NCBI RefSeq assembly: GCF_013167455.1
Contig: NZ_CP038328.1
Reading direction: 5' to 3' (one strand)
Length of the DNA: 64,000 bases
Source: Escherichia coli O157:H7
Lineage (GTDB): Bacteria > Pseudomonadota > Gammaproteobacteria > Enterobacterales > Enterobacteriaceae
A program made the translations under genes and the position numbers. Positions 12,226 to 23,002 of the stretch are shown piece by piece. A model generated the notes under the pieces. That model did no database searches, was not told the DNA's origin, and worked only from the letters and a program-made list of their open reading frames with translations. The stretch's first letter is position 1. The number at the start of each line of letters is the position of its first letter.

Positions 12226-12402
12226 TAAAGTAAGTAACTGGTTAATTTACATTCTGGTCGCGTGCGCAAATACGCTTTTCCTCACACAGTTGTCAAGTGT
12301 TACGTTTAGATAATTGCTATCCGGAAAAGCATCTGCTATTTATAGCGGCCTCATTTTTCCCCCGAACATGGGGATCGATAGTGCGTGTTAAGGAGAAGCA
12401 AC

Positions 12403-12858
12403 ATGCAAGAAGGGCAAAACCGTAAAACATCGTCCCTGAGTATTCTCGCCATCGCTGGGGTGGAACCATATCAGGAGAAGCCGGGCGAAGAGTATATGAA
12501 TGAAGCCCAGCTGGCGCACTTCCGTCGTATTCTGGAAGCATGGCGTAATCAACTCAGGGATGAAGTCGATCGCACCGTTACACATATGCAGGATGAAGCA
12601 GCCAATTTCCCGGACCCGGTAGACCGTGCAGCCCAGGAAGAAGAGTTCAGCCTCGAACTGCGTAACCGCGATCGCGAGCGTAAGCTGATCAAAAAGATCG
12701 AGAAGACGCTGAAAAAAGTGGAAGACGAAGATTTCGGCTACTGTGAATCCTGCGGTGTTGAAATTGGTATTCGCCGTCTGGAAGCGCGCCCGACAGCCGA
12801 TCTGTGCATCGACTGCAAAACGCTGGCTGAAATTCGCGAAAAACAGATGGCTGGCTAA
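12403..12858 (+). CDS. dksA: RNA polymerase-binding transcription factor DksA
   Basis: ORF 12385..12858; start trimmed 6 codons to [11 protein letters not shown] (151 aa); C4 zinc finger [25 protein letters not shown]. Confidence 0.95.
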   Translation: MQEGQNRKTSSLSILAIAGVEPYQEKPGEEYMNEAQLAHFRRILEAWRNQLRDEVDRTVTHMQDEAANFPDPVDRAAQEEEFSLELRNRDRERKLIKKIEKTLKKVEDEDFGYCESCGVEIGIRRLEARPTADLCIDCKTLAEIREKQMAG

Positions 12859-12885
12859 TTACAGCCGTTCCATCACGTTTACCAC

Positions 12886-12914
12886 AGGCGGGAAATGCTC
12901 CCGCCTTATTTTTT
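12886..12914 (+). terminator. dksA intrinsic terminator; its loop contains the first in-frame ATG of gluQ
   Basis: Stem aggcggga / tcccgcct with loop aatgc, followed by a T-run (tattttttg), immediately after the dksA stop. Confidence 0.7.
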
Positions 12915-13821
12915 GTTCAAAGAGATGACAGACACACAGTATATTGGCCGCTTCGCCCCCTCTCCTTCCGGCGAGCTTCATTTTGGTTCTCTGATTGCTG
13001 CGCTTGGCAGCTATTTGCAGGCTCGCGCCCGGCACGGTCGCTGGCTGGTACGCATTGAAGATATCGACCCGCCTCGTGAAGTTCCCGGTGCCGCAGAAAC
13101 TATCCTGCGCCAGCTGGAACATTACGGTCTGCACTGGGACGGCGATGTTCTCTGGCAATCGCAACGTCACCACGCCTATCGTGAAGCACTCGCCTGGTTA
13201 CATGAACAAGGACTAAGTTATTACTGCACCTGCACGCGTGCGCGTATTCAAAGCATTGGCGGTATTTACGACGGTCATTGCCGGGTGTTGCATCATGGAC
13301 CAGACAACGCCGCAGTGCGTATCCGCCAGCAGCATCCGGTCACGCAATTTACTGACCAGCTGCGCGGCATTATTCACGCCGACGAAAAACTGGCACGGGA
13401 AGATTTTATTATTCATCGCCGTGATGGTTTGTTTGCCTATAACCTGGCGGTGGTGGTGGATGATCACTTCCAGGGCGTGAGCGAAATTGTCCGCGGGGCA
13501 GATTTGATCGAACCGACAGTGCGGCAAATCTCGCTGTACCAGCTTTTTGGCTGGAAAGTGCCAGATTACATTCATCTGCCGCTGGCGCTTAATCCACAAG
13601 GCGCTAAACTTTCCAAGCAGAATCATGCGCCTGCGTTGCCGAAAGGCGATCCACGCCCGGTACTAATCGCGGCACTTCAATTTCTGGGGCAGCAGGCAGA
13701 AGCACACTGGCAGGATTTCAGCGTCGAGCAAATCCTTCAGTCAGCCGTCAAAAACTGGCGGCTTACCGCAGTGCCTGAGTCGGCAATTGTAAATTCAACA
13801 TTCTCAAATGCGTCATGCTGA
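12895..13821 (+). CDS. gluQ: Glutamyl-Q tRNA(Asp) synthetase (GluRS paralog)
   Basis: 308 aa ORF, class I aaRS fold with HFGS-type motif (GELHFGSL). The first ATG sits in the dksA terminator loop; the ATG at 12925 (MTDTQYIG) is an alternative start. Confidence 0.88.
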   Translation: MLPPYFLFKEMTDTQYIGRFAPSPSGELHFGSLIAALGSYLQARARHGRWLVRIEDIDPPREVPGAAETILRQLEHYGLHWDGDVLWQSQRHHAYREALAWLHEQGLSYYCTCTRARIQSIGGIYDGHCRVLHHGPDNAAVRIRQQHPVTQFTDQLRGIIHADEKLAREDFIIHRRDGLFAYNLAVVVDDHFQGVSEIVRGADLIEPTVRQISLYQLFGWKVPDYIHLPLALNPQGAKLSKQNHAPALPKGDPRPVLIAALQFLGQQAEAHWQDFSVEQILQSAVKNWRLTAVPESAIVNSTFSNASC

Positions 13822-13880
13822 GCTATGATTAGCCGCTATTTTTTTGTCCTGAATGATGTTTGACACTACCGAGGTGTACT

Positions 13881-15278
13881 ATTTTTACCCGAGTCGCTAA
13901 TTTTTGCCGCAAGGTGCTAAGCCGCGAGGAAAGCGAGGCTGAACAGGCAGTCGCCCGTCCACAGGTGACGGTGATCCCGCGTGAGCAGCATGCTATTTCC
14001 CGCAAAGATATCAGTGAAAATGCCCTGAAGGTAATGTACAGGCTCAATAAAGCGGGATACGAAGCCTGGCTGGTTGGCGGCGGCGTGCGCGACCTGTTAC
14101 TCGGCAAAAAGCCGAAAGATTTTGACGTAACCACTAACGCCACGCCTGAGCAGGTGCGCAAACTGTTCCGTAACTGCCGCCTGGTGGGTCGCCGTTTCCG
14201 TCTGGCTCATGTGATGTTTGGCCCGGAGATTATCGAAGTTGCGACCTTCCGTGGACACCACGAAGGTAACGTCAGCGACCGCACGACCTCCCAACGCGGG
14301 CAAAACGGCATGTTGCTGCGCGACAACATTTTCGGCTCCATCGAAGAAGACGCCCAGCGCCGCGATTTCACTATCAACAGCCTGTATTACAGCGTAGCGG
14401 ATTTTACCGTCCGTGATTACGTTGGCGGTATGAAGGATCTGAAGGACGGTGTTATCCGTCTGATTGGTAACCCGGAAACGCGCTACCGTGAAGATCCGGT
14501 ACGTATGCTGCGCGCAGTACGTTTTGCCGCCAAATTGGGTATGCGCATCAGCCCGGAAACCGCAGAACCGATCCCTCGCCTCGCTACCCTGCTGAACGAT
14601 ATCCCACCGGCACGCCTGTTTGAAGAATCGCTTAAACTGCTACAAGCGGGCTACGGTTACGAAACCTATAAGCTGTTGTGTGAATATCATCTGTTCCAGC
14701 CGCTGTTCCCGACCATTACCCGCTACTTCACGGAAAATGGCGACAGCCCGATGGAGCGGATCATTGAACAGGTGCTGAAGAATACCGATACGCGTATCCA
14801 TAACGATATGCGCGTGAACCCGGCGTTCCTGTTTGCCGCCATGTTCTGGTACCCACTGCTGGAGACGGCACAGAAGATCGCCCAGGAAAGCGGCCTGACC
14901 TATCACGACGCTTTCGCGCTGGCGATGAACGACGTGCTGGACGAAGCCTGCCGTTCACTGGCAATCCCGAAACGTCTGACGACGTTAACCCGCGATATCT
15001 GGCAGTTGCAGTTGCGTATGTCCCGACGTCAGGGTAAACGCGCATGGAAATTGCTGGAGCATCCTAAGTTCCGTGCGGCTTATGACCTGTTGGCCTTGCG
15101 AGCTGAAGTTGAGCGTAACGCTGAACTGCAGCGTCTGGTGAAATGGTGGGGTGAGTTCCAGGTTTCCGCGCCACCAGACCAAAAAGGGATGCTCAACGAG
15201 CTGGATGAAGAACCGTCACCGCGTCGTCGTACTCGTCGTCCACGCAAACGCGCACCACGTCGTGAGGGTACCGCATGA
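13881..15278 (+). CDS. pcnB: Poly(A) polymerase I
   Basis: ORF 13860..15278 begins with TTG; start placed at the in-frame ATT ([11 protein letters not shown]), the non-canonical AUU start remembered for pcnB, giving 465 aa. Nucleotidyltransferase motif [17 protein letters not shown]; basic C-terminal tail. Confidence 0.85.
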
Positions 15279-15757
15279 CAGTGGCGTATATTGCCATAGG
15301 CAGCAATCTGGCCTCTCCGCTGGAGCAGGTCAATGCTGCCCTGAAAGCATTAGGCGATATCCCTGAAAGCCACATTCTTACCGTTTCTTCGTTTTACCGC
15401 ACCCCACCGCTGGGGCCGCAAGATCAACCCGATTACTTAAACGCAGCCGTGGCGCTGGAAACAACACTTGCGCCTGAAGAATTACTTAATCACACACAGC
15501 AAATAGAGTTGCAGCAAGGTCGCGTTCGTAAAGCAGAACGCTGGGGACCGCGCACACTCGATCTTGATATCATGTTGTTTGGTAATGAAACCATTAATAC
15601 CGAACGACTCACCGTCCCGCATTACGATATGAAGAATCGCGGCTTTATGCTGTGGCCGCTGTTTGAGATTGCCCCGGAACTCGTGTTTCCTGATGGGGAG
15701 ACATTACGTGAAATACTCACTTCGCTAGCAGTACTACAACCTGCCATCTGGTATTAG
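15275..15757 (+). CDS. folK: 7,8-dihydro-6-hydroxymethylpterin pyrophosphokinase (HPPK)
   Basis: 160 aa [29 protein letters not shown] matches FolK; overlaps pcnB stop. The last ~13 residues ([13 protein letters not shown]) differ from the K-12 C-terminus as I recall it. Confidence 0.9.
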
Positions 15758-16037
15758 CTGTATTATTTTATTTTCTTATCTTACTCCTCACTTCCCCTCT
15801 TACAGATTAAATATACTTAATTTACATTTTAGTTTTTTTTAATTAATTCATGAAATAGCACTTCATGCAAATAGATTAGGCATTTTTTGTTTAAAAAACC
15901 TAGAATAGCAACAATTCAATACACCACGTAAATATATTCACACCCGTGATAATTCACCCCTATTACATCCTCCAAAAACTTTGAGTAATATCCGCTCGCA
16001 ATATTAATTTCATATAATTTTTGTAAGGATGCATGTA
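15758..16037 (+). promoter_or_regulatory. AT-rich leader/promoter region of the yad fimbrial operon
   Basis: ~280 bp of strongly AT-rich DNA with poly-T/poly-A tracts directly upstream of the fimbrial major subunit gene; the nucleoid-protein silencing typical of fimbrial promoters is inferred, not seen. Confidence 0.5.
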
Positions 16038-16634
16038 ATGAAAAAAGCACTTCTCGCAGCCGCTCTGGTTATGGCTTCTGGTTCCGCCCTGGCTGTAGAT
16101 GGTGGTCATATCGACTTTAACGGTATGGTACAGTCCGGTACCTGTAAAGTGGGTGTGGTAGATACTGGTATGCATAGCGTTACCACTGATGGCGTGGTTA
16201 CCCTGGATACTGCGAATGTTACTGATACTTTTGCTGAAGTTAGCGCAACTGCTGTCGGTTTACTGCCGAAAGAGTTCATGATTTCTGTTGAGTGTGATCC
16301 AGGTGCTCCGAAGAATGCTGAGTTAACTATGGGTTCTGCAAGTTACGCGAACACCAGCGGTACCCTGAATAACAATATGAACATCACTGTTAACGGTATT
16401 GCACCGGCTCAGAACGTAAACATTGCAGTTCATAACATGAAAAACAAAGCTGGCGCTGCTGAAATTAAGCAGGTCCATATGAACAACTCTTCTGAAGTTC
16501 AGGAACTGACATTAGACGCAGAAGGTAAAGGCCAGTACGTATTTAACGCATCTTACGTTAAAGCACCGAACAGCCCGGCTGTAACTGCTGGTCATGTAAC
16601 CACTAACGCGCTGTACACCGTTGCTTATAAGTAA
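16038..16634 (+). CDS. yadN: Fimbrial major subunit (type 1 pilin family), yadN position
   Basis: ORF 16029..16634; start trimmed to MKKALLAAALVMASGSALA signal peptide. First gene of a chaperone-usher operon; Cys pair typical of pilins. Appears divergent from the K-12 allele. Confidence 0.8.
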   Translation: MKKALLAAALVMASGSALAVDGGHIDFNGMVQSGTCKVGVVDTGMHSVTTDGVVTLDTANVTDTFAEVSATAVGLLPKEFMISVECDPGAPKNAELTMGSASYANTSGTLNNNMNITVNGIAPAQNVNIAVHNMKNKAGAAEIKQVHMNNSSEVQELTLDAEGKGQYVFNASYVKAPNSPAVTAGHVTTNALYTVAYK

Positions 16635-16651
16635 TTGATGGTGTGTTGAGC

Positions 16652-16684
16652 ATAAGGTTTGCCAGCAGGCAAACCTTATTTTCG
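16652..16684 (+). terminator. Intrinsic terminator/attenuator after the major pilin gene
   Basis: Perfect 12-bp stem ataaggtttgcc / ggcaaaccttat with loop agca, followed by ttttcg; the position matches attenuators that set pilin:assembly-protein stoichiometry. Confidence 0.7.
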
Positions 16685-16720
16685 CGAATTTAATCTTTCT
16701 ACAGACAGCAAGGAGTGCTT

Positions 16721-17446
16721 ATGTTTCCCTTGGTTAAAAAAACGGTTAGTGCATTATTTGTGAGTACTCTGTTAGCCAGTGCACCAGCATTCGCTGACAT
16801 TATTATTTCCGGAACACGTATCATTTATAACGCTGATAAAAAAGATGTTAACGTTCGTCTGGAAAATAAAGGGAATCGCCCCTTACTGATTCAGAACTGG
16901 TTGGATACGGGCGATGACAATGCCGATCCCAGCCAGATCAAAGTGCCGTTTACCGCGACCCCACCAGTTTCACGCGTGGAGCCAAAACGCGGTCAAACCG
17001 TAAAAGTGATGTATACCGGTGCAACAGCCCTGCCGAAAGACCGTGAAAGCGTCTACTGGTTTAACGTGCTGGAAGTGCCGCCTAAGCCGAAAGATGCTGA
17101 GGCTGACAAAAACTTGTTACAGCTGGCTTTCCGCACACGCATCAAACTCTTTTATCGCCCGAGTGGGTTACAGGGAGAACCGGCTGAAGCACCGGCGAAA
17201 ATCACCTGGAAATTAAACAACGCTCAGTTACAGGCAAATAACCCAACGCCATATTACGTGTCCTTTAATGAGGTCAAGCTGGAAAGCGGCGGCAAAACCT
17301 ACAACGTCAATTCCAGCATGGTCACGCCGTTCAGCCAGGCAAGCTTTGGCGTAACCAGTCTGCCAGGAAGCGTGTCATCCGGAAAAGTGGTCTTTAAAGC
17401 GATCAACGACTTTGGCGGCAACATTGATGGTTCCGCAACATTCTAA
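16721..17446 (+). CDS. yadV: Periplasmic fimbrial chaperone (PapD-like)
   Basis: ORF 16715..17446; ATG at 16721 has a good SD (aggag, 5 nt spacer). Chaperone motifs ISGTRIIY, LIQNWLDTGDD, FWFNVLEVPP, RTRIKLFYRP. Confidence 0.88.
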   Translation: MFPLVKKTVSALFVSTLLASAPAFADIIISGTRIIYNADKKDVNVRLENKGNRPLLIQNWLDTGDDNADPSQIKVPFTATPPVSRVEPKRGQTVKVMYTGATALPKDRESVYWFNVLEVPPKPKDAEADKNLLQLAFRTRIKLFYRPSGLQGEPAEAPAKITWKLNNAQLQANNPTPYYVSFNEVKLESGGKTYNVNSSMVTPFSQASFGVTSLPGSVSSGKVVFKAINDFGGNIDGSATF

Positions 17447-17487
17447 AAAATAAACGGATTCTTTTTAACATCGCCAGGAATGCAACC

Positions 17488-20088
17488 TTGTACCAGTTTA
17501 CTCATCAAAAAAGCCGTATCCCGAAAAAAACGCTACTTGCGGCCTGTTGTGCCCTGTTTTATAGCAGCAACGGTGCTGCGGCGGACACCGTGGAATATGA
17601 CAGTTCCTTTTTAATGGGAACTGGCGCATCAACGATTGATGTTAAACGTTATGCTCAAGGCAACCCGACACCGCCGGGTCTCTATAATGTCCGCGTATTT
17701 GTAAACGGTCAGGCGACTTCCAGCTTAGAAATTCCGTTTGTGGATATTGGCGAAAACAGTGCGGCGGCCTGTCTTACCCATAAAAACCTGGCGCAACTTC
17801 ACATTAAGCAACCTGAACAGCCTGTCACTTTACTCGCCAGAGAAGGTGAAGAAGAGGATTGTCTGGATCTGGCAAAGTCATACGAAAAGGCGGATGTGTG
17901 CTTTGACGGTAGTGACCAGTTTCTCGATCTGACGATCCCTCAGGCCTATGTTCTGAAAAGCTATGGCGGCTACGTTGACCCTTCTTTATGGGAATCGGGA
18001 ATTAACGCTGCCACACTGGCATATACCCTGAACGCGTATCACACAAGTTCAGATAACGACAATAGTGACAGCGTCTATGGCGCGTTCAACTCAGGTATCA
18101 ATTTAGGAGCCTGGCACTTTCGTGCGCGCGGTAACTATAACTGGACAACAGATAACGGCAGCGATTTCGATTTCCAGGATCGTTACTTACAGCGTGACAT
18201 TCCGGCAATCCGTTCCCAGATAATTATGGGTGATGCCTATACCACCGGTGAAACGTTTGACTCTGTCAACGTCCGTGGTGTTCGCCTGTACAGCGACAGC
18301 CGTATGCTGCCTTCGGCGCTGGCCAGTTACGCTCCGACCATCCGCGGTGTAGCAAACTCCAACGCCAAAGTCACCGTGACGCAAAGCGGATATAAAATTT
18401 ATGAAACCACCGTTCCGCCCGGTGAATTTGTTATAGACGACATTAGCCCTTCCGGCTTTGGTAGCGAACTGGTCGTGACCATTGAAGAAGCGGATGGTTC
18501 CAAACGCACCTTTACGCAACCCTTCTCGTCGGTTGTACAAATGCAACGTCCTGGTGTGGGCCGTTGGGATTTCAGCGCGGGTAAAGTCATTGATGACAGT
18601 CTGCGATCCGAACCCAATATGGGGCAAGCCTCTTATTACTATGGTCTGAATAACCTCTTCACGGGTTATACCGGCATTCAGTTCACCGATAATAACTATC
18701 TTGCCGGGCTGTTAGGTGTGGGTATCAACACCAGCATCGGCGCCTTTGCGGTAGACGTTACCCATTCCCGTGCTGAAATTCCGGATGATAAAACCTACCA
18801 GGGGCAAAGTTATCGCGTGACCTGGAACAAACTTTTCCAGGATACCGGGACATCATTTAACCTCGCGGCGTACCGCTATTCCACCCAGGATTACCTGGGC
18901 CTGCATGATGCGTTAGTCCTCATTGACGACGCCAAGCATTTGTCTGCCGATGAAGACAAAAACACCATGCAGACGTACTCACGTATGAAAAACCAGTTTA
19001 CCGTCAGCATTAACCAGCCATTGAATATCGCCTATGAAGATTACGGTTCGCTGTTTATTTCCGGTAGCTGGACGTATTACTGGGCGGCGAACAATAGCCG
19101 CACTGAATATAATGTTGGTTACAGTAAAAGCGTTTCGTGGGGCAGTTTCAGCGTCAACCTACAACGTAGCTGGAATGAAGACGGCGAGAAAGATGACGCG
19201 ATGTACGTCAGCGTTAGCGTACCTATTGAGAATATTTTAGGTGGCAAACGTAAGTCTTCTGGTTTCCGCAATTTAAATACTCAGCTCAATACCGATTTCG
19301 ATGGTTCACATCAGTTGAATGTTAACAGTTCCGGTAACACTGAAAACAATCTGGTGAACTACAGTGTCAACGCAGGTTATAGCCTCGATAAAAACGCCGG
19401 CGATTTAGCCTCTGTTGGTGGTTATCTCAACTATGAATCTGGGTTAGGCGGTATTTCCGCTTCGGCCTCGGCCACTTCTGATAACAGCCAACAGTACTCC
19501 ATCTCAACCGATGGCGGCTTTGTATTACACAGTGGTGGTTTAACGTTCACTAACAACAGTTTCAGCAGTAACGACACGCTGGTGTTAATCAACGCCCTAG
19601 GTGCTAAAGGCGCACGAATCAATAACAGTAATAACGAAATCGATCGCTGGGGATATGCCGTGACGTCCTCTGTCAGCCCATATCGTGAAAACCGGGTAGG
19701 TCTGAACATTGAAACACTGGAAAACGATGTTGAACTGAAAAGTACCAGCGCCACCACCGTACCACGTAGCGGCTCCGTTGTTTTGACCCGTTTCGAAACT
19801 GACGAGGGGCGTTCTGCCGTGCTGAATATTACTGCCGCCAATGGCAAATCCATTCCGTTTGCTGCGGAGGTTTACCAGGGTGAGGTGATGATCGGCAGCA
19901 TGGGCCAGGGTGGTCAGGCATTTGTACGCGGTATTAACGACAGCGGGGAATTAATCGTGCGCTGGTATGAAAACAACCAAACCATTGACTGTAAGTTGCA
20001 CTACCAGTTCCCGGCGCAGCCACAAACGCAGGGAAGCACCAACACCTTATTACTTAACAATCTTACCTGTCAGGTAGCAAATCACTAA
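17488..20088 (+). CDS. htrE: Outer membrane fimbrial usher
   Basis: 866 aa ORF, apparent TTG start; usher-family sequence throughout (GYKIYETTVPPGEFVIDD, RVGLNIETLENDVELK). Positional ortholog of htrE. Confidence 0.88.
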   Translation: MYQFTHQKSRIPKKTLLAACCALFYSSNGAAADTVEYDSSFLMGTGASTIDVKRYAQGNPTPPGLYNVRVFVNGQATSSLEIPFVDIGENSAAACLTHKNLAQLHIKQPEQPVTLLAREGEEEDCLDLAKSYEKADVCFDGSDQFLDLTIPQAYVLKSYGGYVDPSLWESGINAATLAYTLNAYHTSSDNDNSDSVYGAFNSGINLGAWHFRARGNYNWTTDNGSDFDFQDRYLQRDIPAIRSQIIMGDAYTTGETFDSVNVRGVRLYSDSRMLPSALASYAPTIRGVANSNAKVTVTQSGYKIYETTVPPGEFVIDDISPSGFGSELVVTIEEADGSKRTFTQPFSSVVQMQRPGVGRWDFSAGKVIDDSLRSEPNMGQASYYYGLNNLFTGYTGIQFTDNNYLAGLLGVGINTSIGAFAVDVTHSRAEIPDDKTYQGQSYRVTWNKLFQDTGTSFNLAAYRYSTQDYLGLHDALVLIDDAKHLSADEDKNTMQTYSRMKNQFTVSINQPLNIAYEDYGSLFISGSWTYYWAANNSRTEYNVGYSKSVSWGSFSVNLQRSWNEDGEKDDAMYVSVSVPIENILGGKRKSSGFRNLNTQLNTDFDGSHQLNVNSSGNTENNLVNYSVNAGYSLDKNAGDLASVGGYLNYESGLGGISASASATSDNSQQYSISTDGGFVLHSGGLTFTNNSFSSNDTLVLINALGAKGARINNSNNEIDRWGYAVTSSVSPYRENRVGLNIETLENDVELKSTSATTVPRSGSVVLTRFETDEGRSAVLNITAANGKSIPFAAEVYQGEVMIGSMGQGGQAFVRGINDSGELIVRWYENNQTIDCKLHYQFPAQPQTQGSTNTLLLNNLTCQVANH

Positions 20089-20089
20089 T

Positions 20090-20650
20090 ATGGAAAATTC
20101 TATGAAAAGGATACTACTAACATCCGCGTTAATAGGCCTGGGTTTACCGGCGGTTGGCTCTGCAACAGATCTTAATGTCGATTTTACGGCCACCGTATTA
20201 GCCACCACCTGCACGATAACTATAGTGGAAGATGGTGGTCCAGCAGTGACCGGTAGTAACGATGAATACAGCCTGACAATTCCTGATGTTGGTCTGGATA
20301 AAGTCGCTACCGCTGCGCCCGAAGCTCAGGCCAACTTTAAATTAAAGGCCTCCGATTGCAGCAATGGTTACTCAAAGATTTTTACCACACTTACAGGAAC
20401 AACGGTTTCCGGTAAGTTAATTGTTAATGAAGCAACCTCTGGCGCTGCTGGGGTGGGGATGGGGATTAAGCGTAGAGATACCGCAGACTCGACTTTCTTC
20501 ACACCCAATAATACTGACAAATTTGAATGGAGCGCCGATGAGAAAGCCAGCGGTGTGCCTCTGACCGTAGCACTGCGCGAAACAACGGCGGGAGCAGGAC
20601 GCACCGGTGCGTTTCAGGCAAAAGCCACCTTTAACTTCACCTACGAATAA
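20090..20650 (+). CDS. yadM: Fimbrial minor subunit, yadM position
   Basis: 186 aa ORF; signal peptide MKRILLTSALIGLGLPAVGSA (alternative start 20102); C-terminal pilin strand ending FNFTYE. Confidence 0.8.
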   Translation: MENSMKRILLTSALIGLGLPAVGSATDLNVDFTATVLATTCTITIVEDGGPAVTGSNDEYSLTIPDVGLDKVATAAPEAQANFKLKASDCSNGYSKIFTTLTGTTVSGKLIVNEATSGAAGVGMGIKRRDTADSTFFTPNNTDKFEWSADEKASGVPLTVALRETTAGAGRTGAFQAKATFNFTYE

Positions 20651-20664
20651 CAGGGACAGCCACC

Positions 20665-21270
20665 ATGAAATTAAAAGTCATCGCTACACTGATTGCTACT
20701 GTTGCCGTGGGTGTAAGCTTTAACAGCAATTTTGCTTCTGCGAGTACAACGTCCGCTTCTTTAACCGTAAACAGTAACCTGACTATGGGTACCTGCAGTG
20801 CTCAGATAATGGATAATAGTAATAAAGTGATCAATGAAGTGGTCTTTGGCAATGTTTATATTTCTGAACTCGGTGCAAAAAGCAAAGTGCAACAGTTTAA
20901 AATTCGCTTTAGCAATTGCTCTGGCCTTCCCCAAAACAGCGCCCAAATAGTGCTGGCACCTAATGGTATATCCTGTGCTGGTTCTCAATCGTCATCGGCG
21001 GGTTTTTCTAACAAGTTTACTGACGCTAGCGCAGCAACCAGAACGGCTGTGGAAGTATGGACTACAGATACACCGGAAAGCAATGGCAGTACGCAATTCC
21101 ATTGTGCTCAAAAGATACCAGTGCCTGTGACGCTTCCCGCCGACACCACAACTCAGCCTTACGATTACCCGTTAAGTGCACGGATGACCGTTGCGGAAGG
21201 TAGATTGGTAACCGATGTAAGACCGGGTAATTTCCGCTCTCCCACGACTTTCACGATCACTTATCAGTAA
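20665..21270 (+). CDS. yadL: Fimbrial minor subunit, yadL position
   Basis: 201 aa ORF; signal peptide; pilin-like C-terminus TFTITYQ. Confidence 0.8.
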   Translation: MKLKVIATLIATVAVGVSFNSNFASASTTSASLTVNSNLTMGTCSAQIMDNSNKVINEVVFGNVYISELGAKSKVQQFKIRFSNCSGLPQNSAQIVLAPNGISCAGSQSSSAGFSNKFTDASAATRTAVEVWTTDTPESNGSTQFHCAQKIPVPVTLPADTTTQPYDYPLSARMTVAEGRLVTDVRPGNFRSPTTFTITYQ

Positions 21271-21290
21271 TAGCGGATAAGGATATTAGA

Positions 21291-21881
21291 ATGCTATGCA
21301 GGCATCATAAAATCGTACACTTTTTAGGGCTGGCAACAGCCCTTATCACGCCTTTTGCCTATTCCGGCCAGGATGTGGATCTCACCGCAAAGATCGTGCC
21401 CAGCACCTGTCAGGTTGAAGTCAGTAATAATGGCGTTGTCGATCTCGGCACAGTGACGCTGGACTATTTTGCCGACAATGTAACCCCGACAACGGATTAT
21501 GCGGGTGGCAAAACGTTTAATGTGAATGTGGTCTCTTGCGATAACATTCAAACGACACAGTCGCAAATGAAATTAGATTTTCAGCCGCAGGCGGGATCGC
21601 TTGCACAGGCGAATAATCAAATTTTTAGTAATGAATATGAACAGCAGGCTACCGGGGCGAAAAACGTCGGCATTGTGATTTTTTCGGCCCAACCGAATCA
21701 GCAGACATTTAACGTGCGAGGAACGGATGGTTCCTCAACAGCAATTTATTCGGTAGCACCTGGCAATGCTGTTCCCTCAACCTGGACCTTTTATTCCCGT
21801 ATGCAGCGGGTGAATAATGCCCTTCCTCCTGAATCGGGAATGGTGAGAAGCCAGGTTATTGTTAACGTATCTTACGAATAA
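21291..21881 (+). CDS. yadK: Fimbrial minor subunit, yadK position
   Basis: 196 aa ORF with SD aagga upstream; pilin-like C-terminus VIVNVSYE. Confidence 0.8.
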   Translation: MLCRHHKIVHFLGLATALITPFAYSGQDVDLTAKIVPSTCQVEVSNNGVVDLGTVTLDYFADNVTPTTDYAGGKTFNVNVVSCDNIQTTQSQMKLDFQPQAGSLAQANNQIFSNEYEQQATGAKNVGIVIFSAQPNQQTFNVRGTDGSSTAIYSVAPGNAVPSTWTFYSRMQRVNNALPPESGMVRSQVIVNVSYE

Positions 21882-21892
21882 TAAGGATAATT

Positions 21893-23002
21893 ATGCAAAG
21901 GAAAGGCAATAAACTGTTGATTCAGTTATGCAGTGTGATACTGCTATTTTTTACCACATCCTGGTATGCATTGGCGAATGAATGTTATATAGAGAGAAAT
22001 GCTGAAGGGGATTATCACATGAAGATAAGCTCTACTCAGCTTAGTCTGGCGTCACAAATGGTCGAGGTTCCGACAGAAATAGCCGAAGCTACATGGGATG
22101 TAAATATTCAACTAAGAGGCGATGCCATAGGGTGTAAATCTCTTGGGGATAGTAAGGCAGTTCACTTTCTTAATACAGCTGACCCAAGTTTAATATCCAC
22201 GTACACCACAACGAATGGCGCAGCGTTATTAAAAACAACTGTTCCAGGCATTGTGTATTCTGTCGAGTTATTATGCCTTAGTTGTGGTGCCGCAGATGAA
22301 CTTGATTTATGGCTACCTGCACAAAGTGGCGCAGATAACTTCATACCAAGCACCCAGACGAAATGGGCCTATGAGTACAGTGATCAAAGTTGGTATTTAC
22401 GTTTTCGCTTATTCATAACTCCTGAATTTAAACCCAAGAATGGTGTTTCCAGCGGAACAACGATAGCAGGAAAGATTGCGTCATGGTATATAGGTACCAA
22501 TGACCAGCCGTGGATCAACTTTTACATTGACAATGACTCTTTAAAGTTTTTCGTCGATGAACCGACCTGTGCAACAGTTGCCCTGGCACAAGATCAGGGC
22601 AACGTCAGTGGCAATCAGGTAACGCTTGGGAACAGCTATGTTTCGGAAGTGAAAAATGGGCTTACGCGGGAAATCCCTTTTTCTATCCGTGCTGAATACT
22701 GTTATGCCAGTAAAATTACGGTTAAGTTGAAAGCGGCAAATAAACCCAGCGATGCCACACTGGTGGGTAAAACGACTGGCTCGGCTTCAGGCGTGGCTGT
22801 AAAAGTAAATTCAACTTATGACAATAGCAAAGTATTGTTAAAAGCAGATGGTAGCAACACGGTTGACTACAACTTCGCCGCCTGGTCAAACAACCTGCTG
22901 TTTTTACCTTTTACGGCGCAGCTGGTACCGGATGGTAGCGGTAATGCTGTCGGTGTTGGAACATTTTCAGGTAACGCGACCTTCTCCTTTACCTACGAAT
23001 AA
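21893..23002 (+). CDS. yadC: Fimbrial tip adhesin (two-domain: N-terminal lectin-like plus C-terminal pilin domain), yadC position
   Basis: 369 aa ORF, last gene of the operon; signal peptide; C-terminal pilin strand GNATFSFTYE. Shorter than the 412 aa K-12 YadC as I recall it, so the receptor-binding domain may differ. Confidence 0.78.
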   Translation: MQRKGNKLLIQLCSVILLFFTTSWYALANECYIERNAEGDYHMKISSTQLSLASQMVEVPTEIAEATWDVNIQLRGDAIGCKSLGDSKAVHFLNTADPSLISTYTTTNGAALLKTTVPGIVYSVELLCLSCGAADELDLWLPAQSGADNFIPSTQTKWAYEYSDQSWYLRFRLFITPEFKPKNGVSSGTTIAGKIASWYIGTNDQPWINFYIDNDSLKFFVDEPTCATVALAQDQGNVSGNQVTLGNSYVSEVKNGLTREIPFSIRAEYCYASKITVKLKAANKPSDATLVGKTTGSASGVAVKVNSTYDNSKVLLKADGSNTVDYNFAAWSNNLLFLPFTAQLVPDGSGNAVGVGTFSGNATFSFTYE

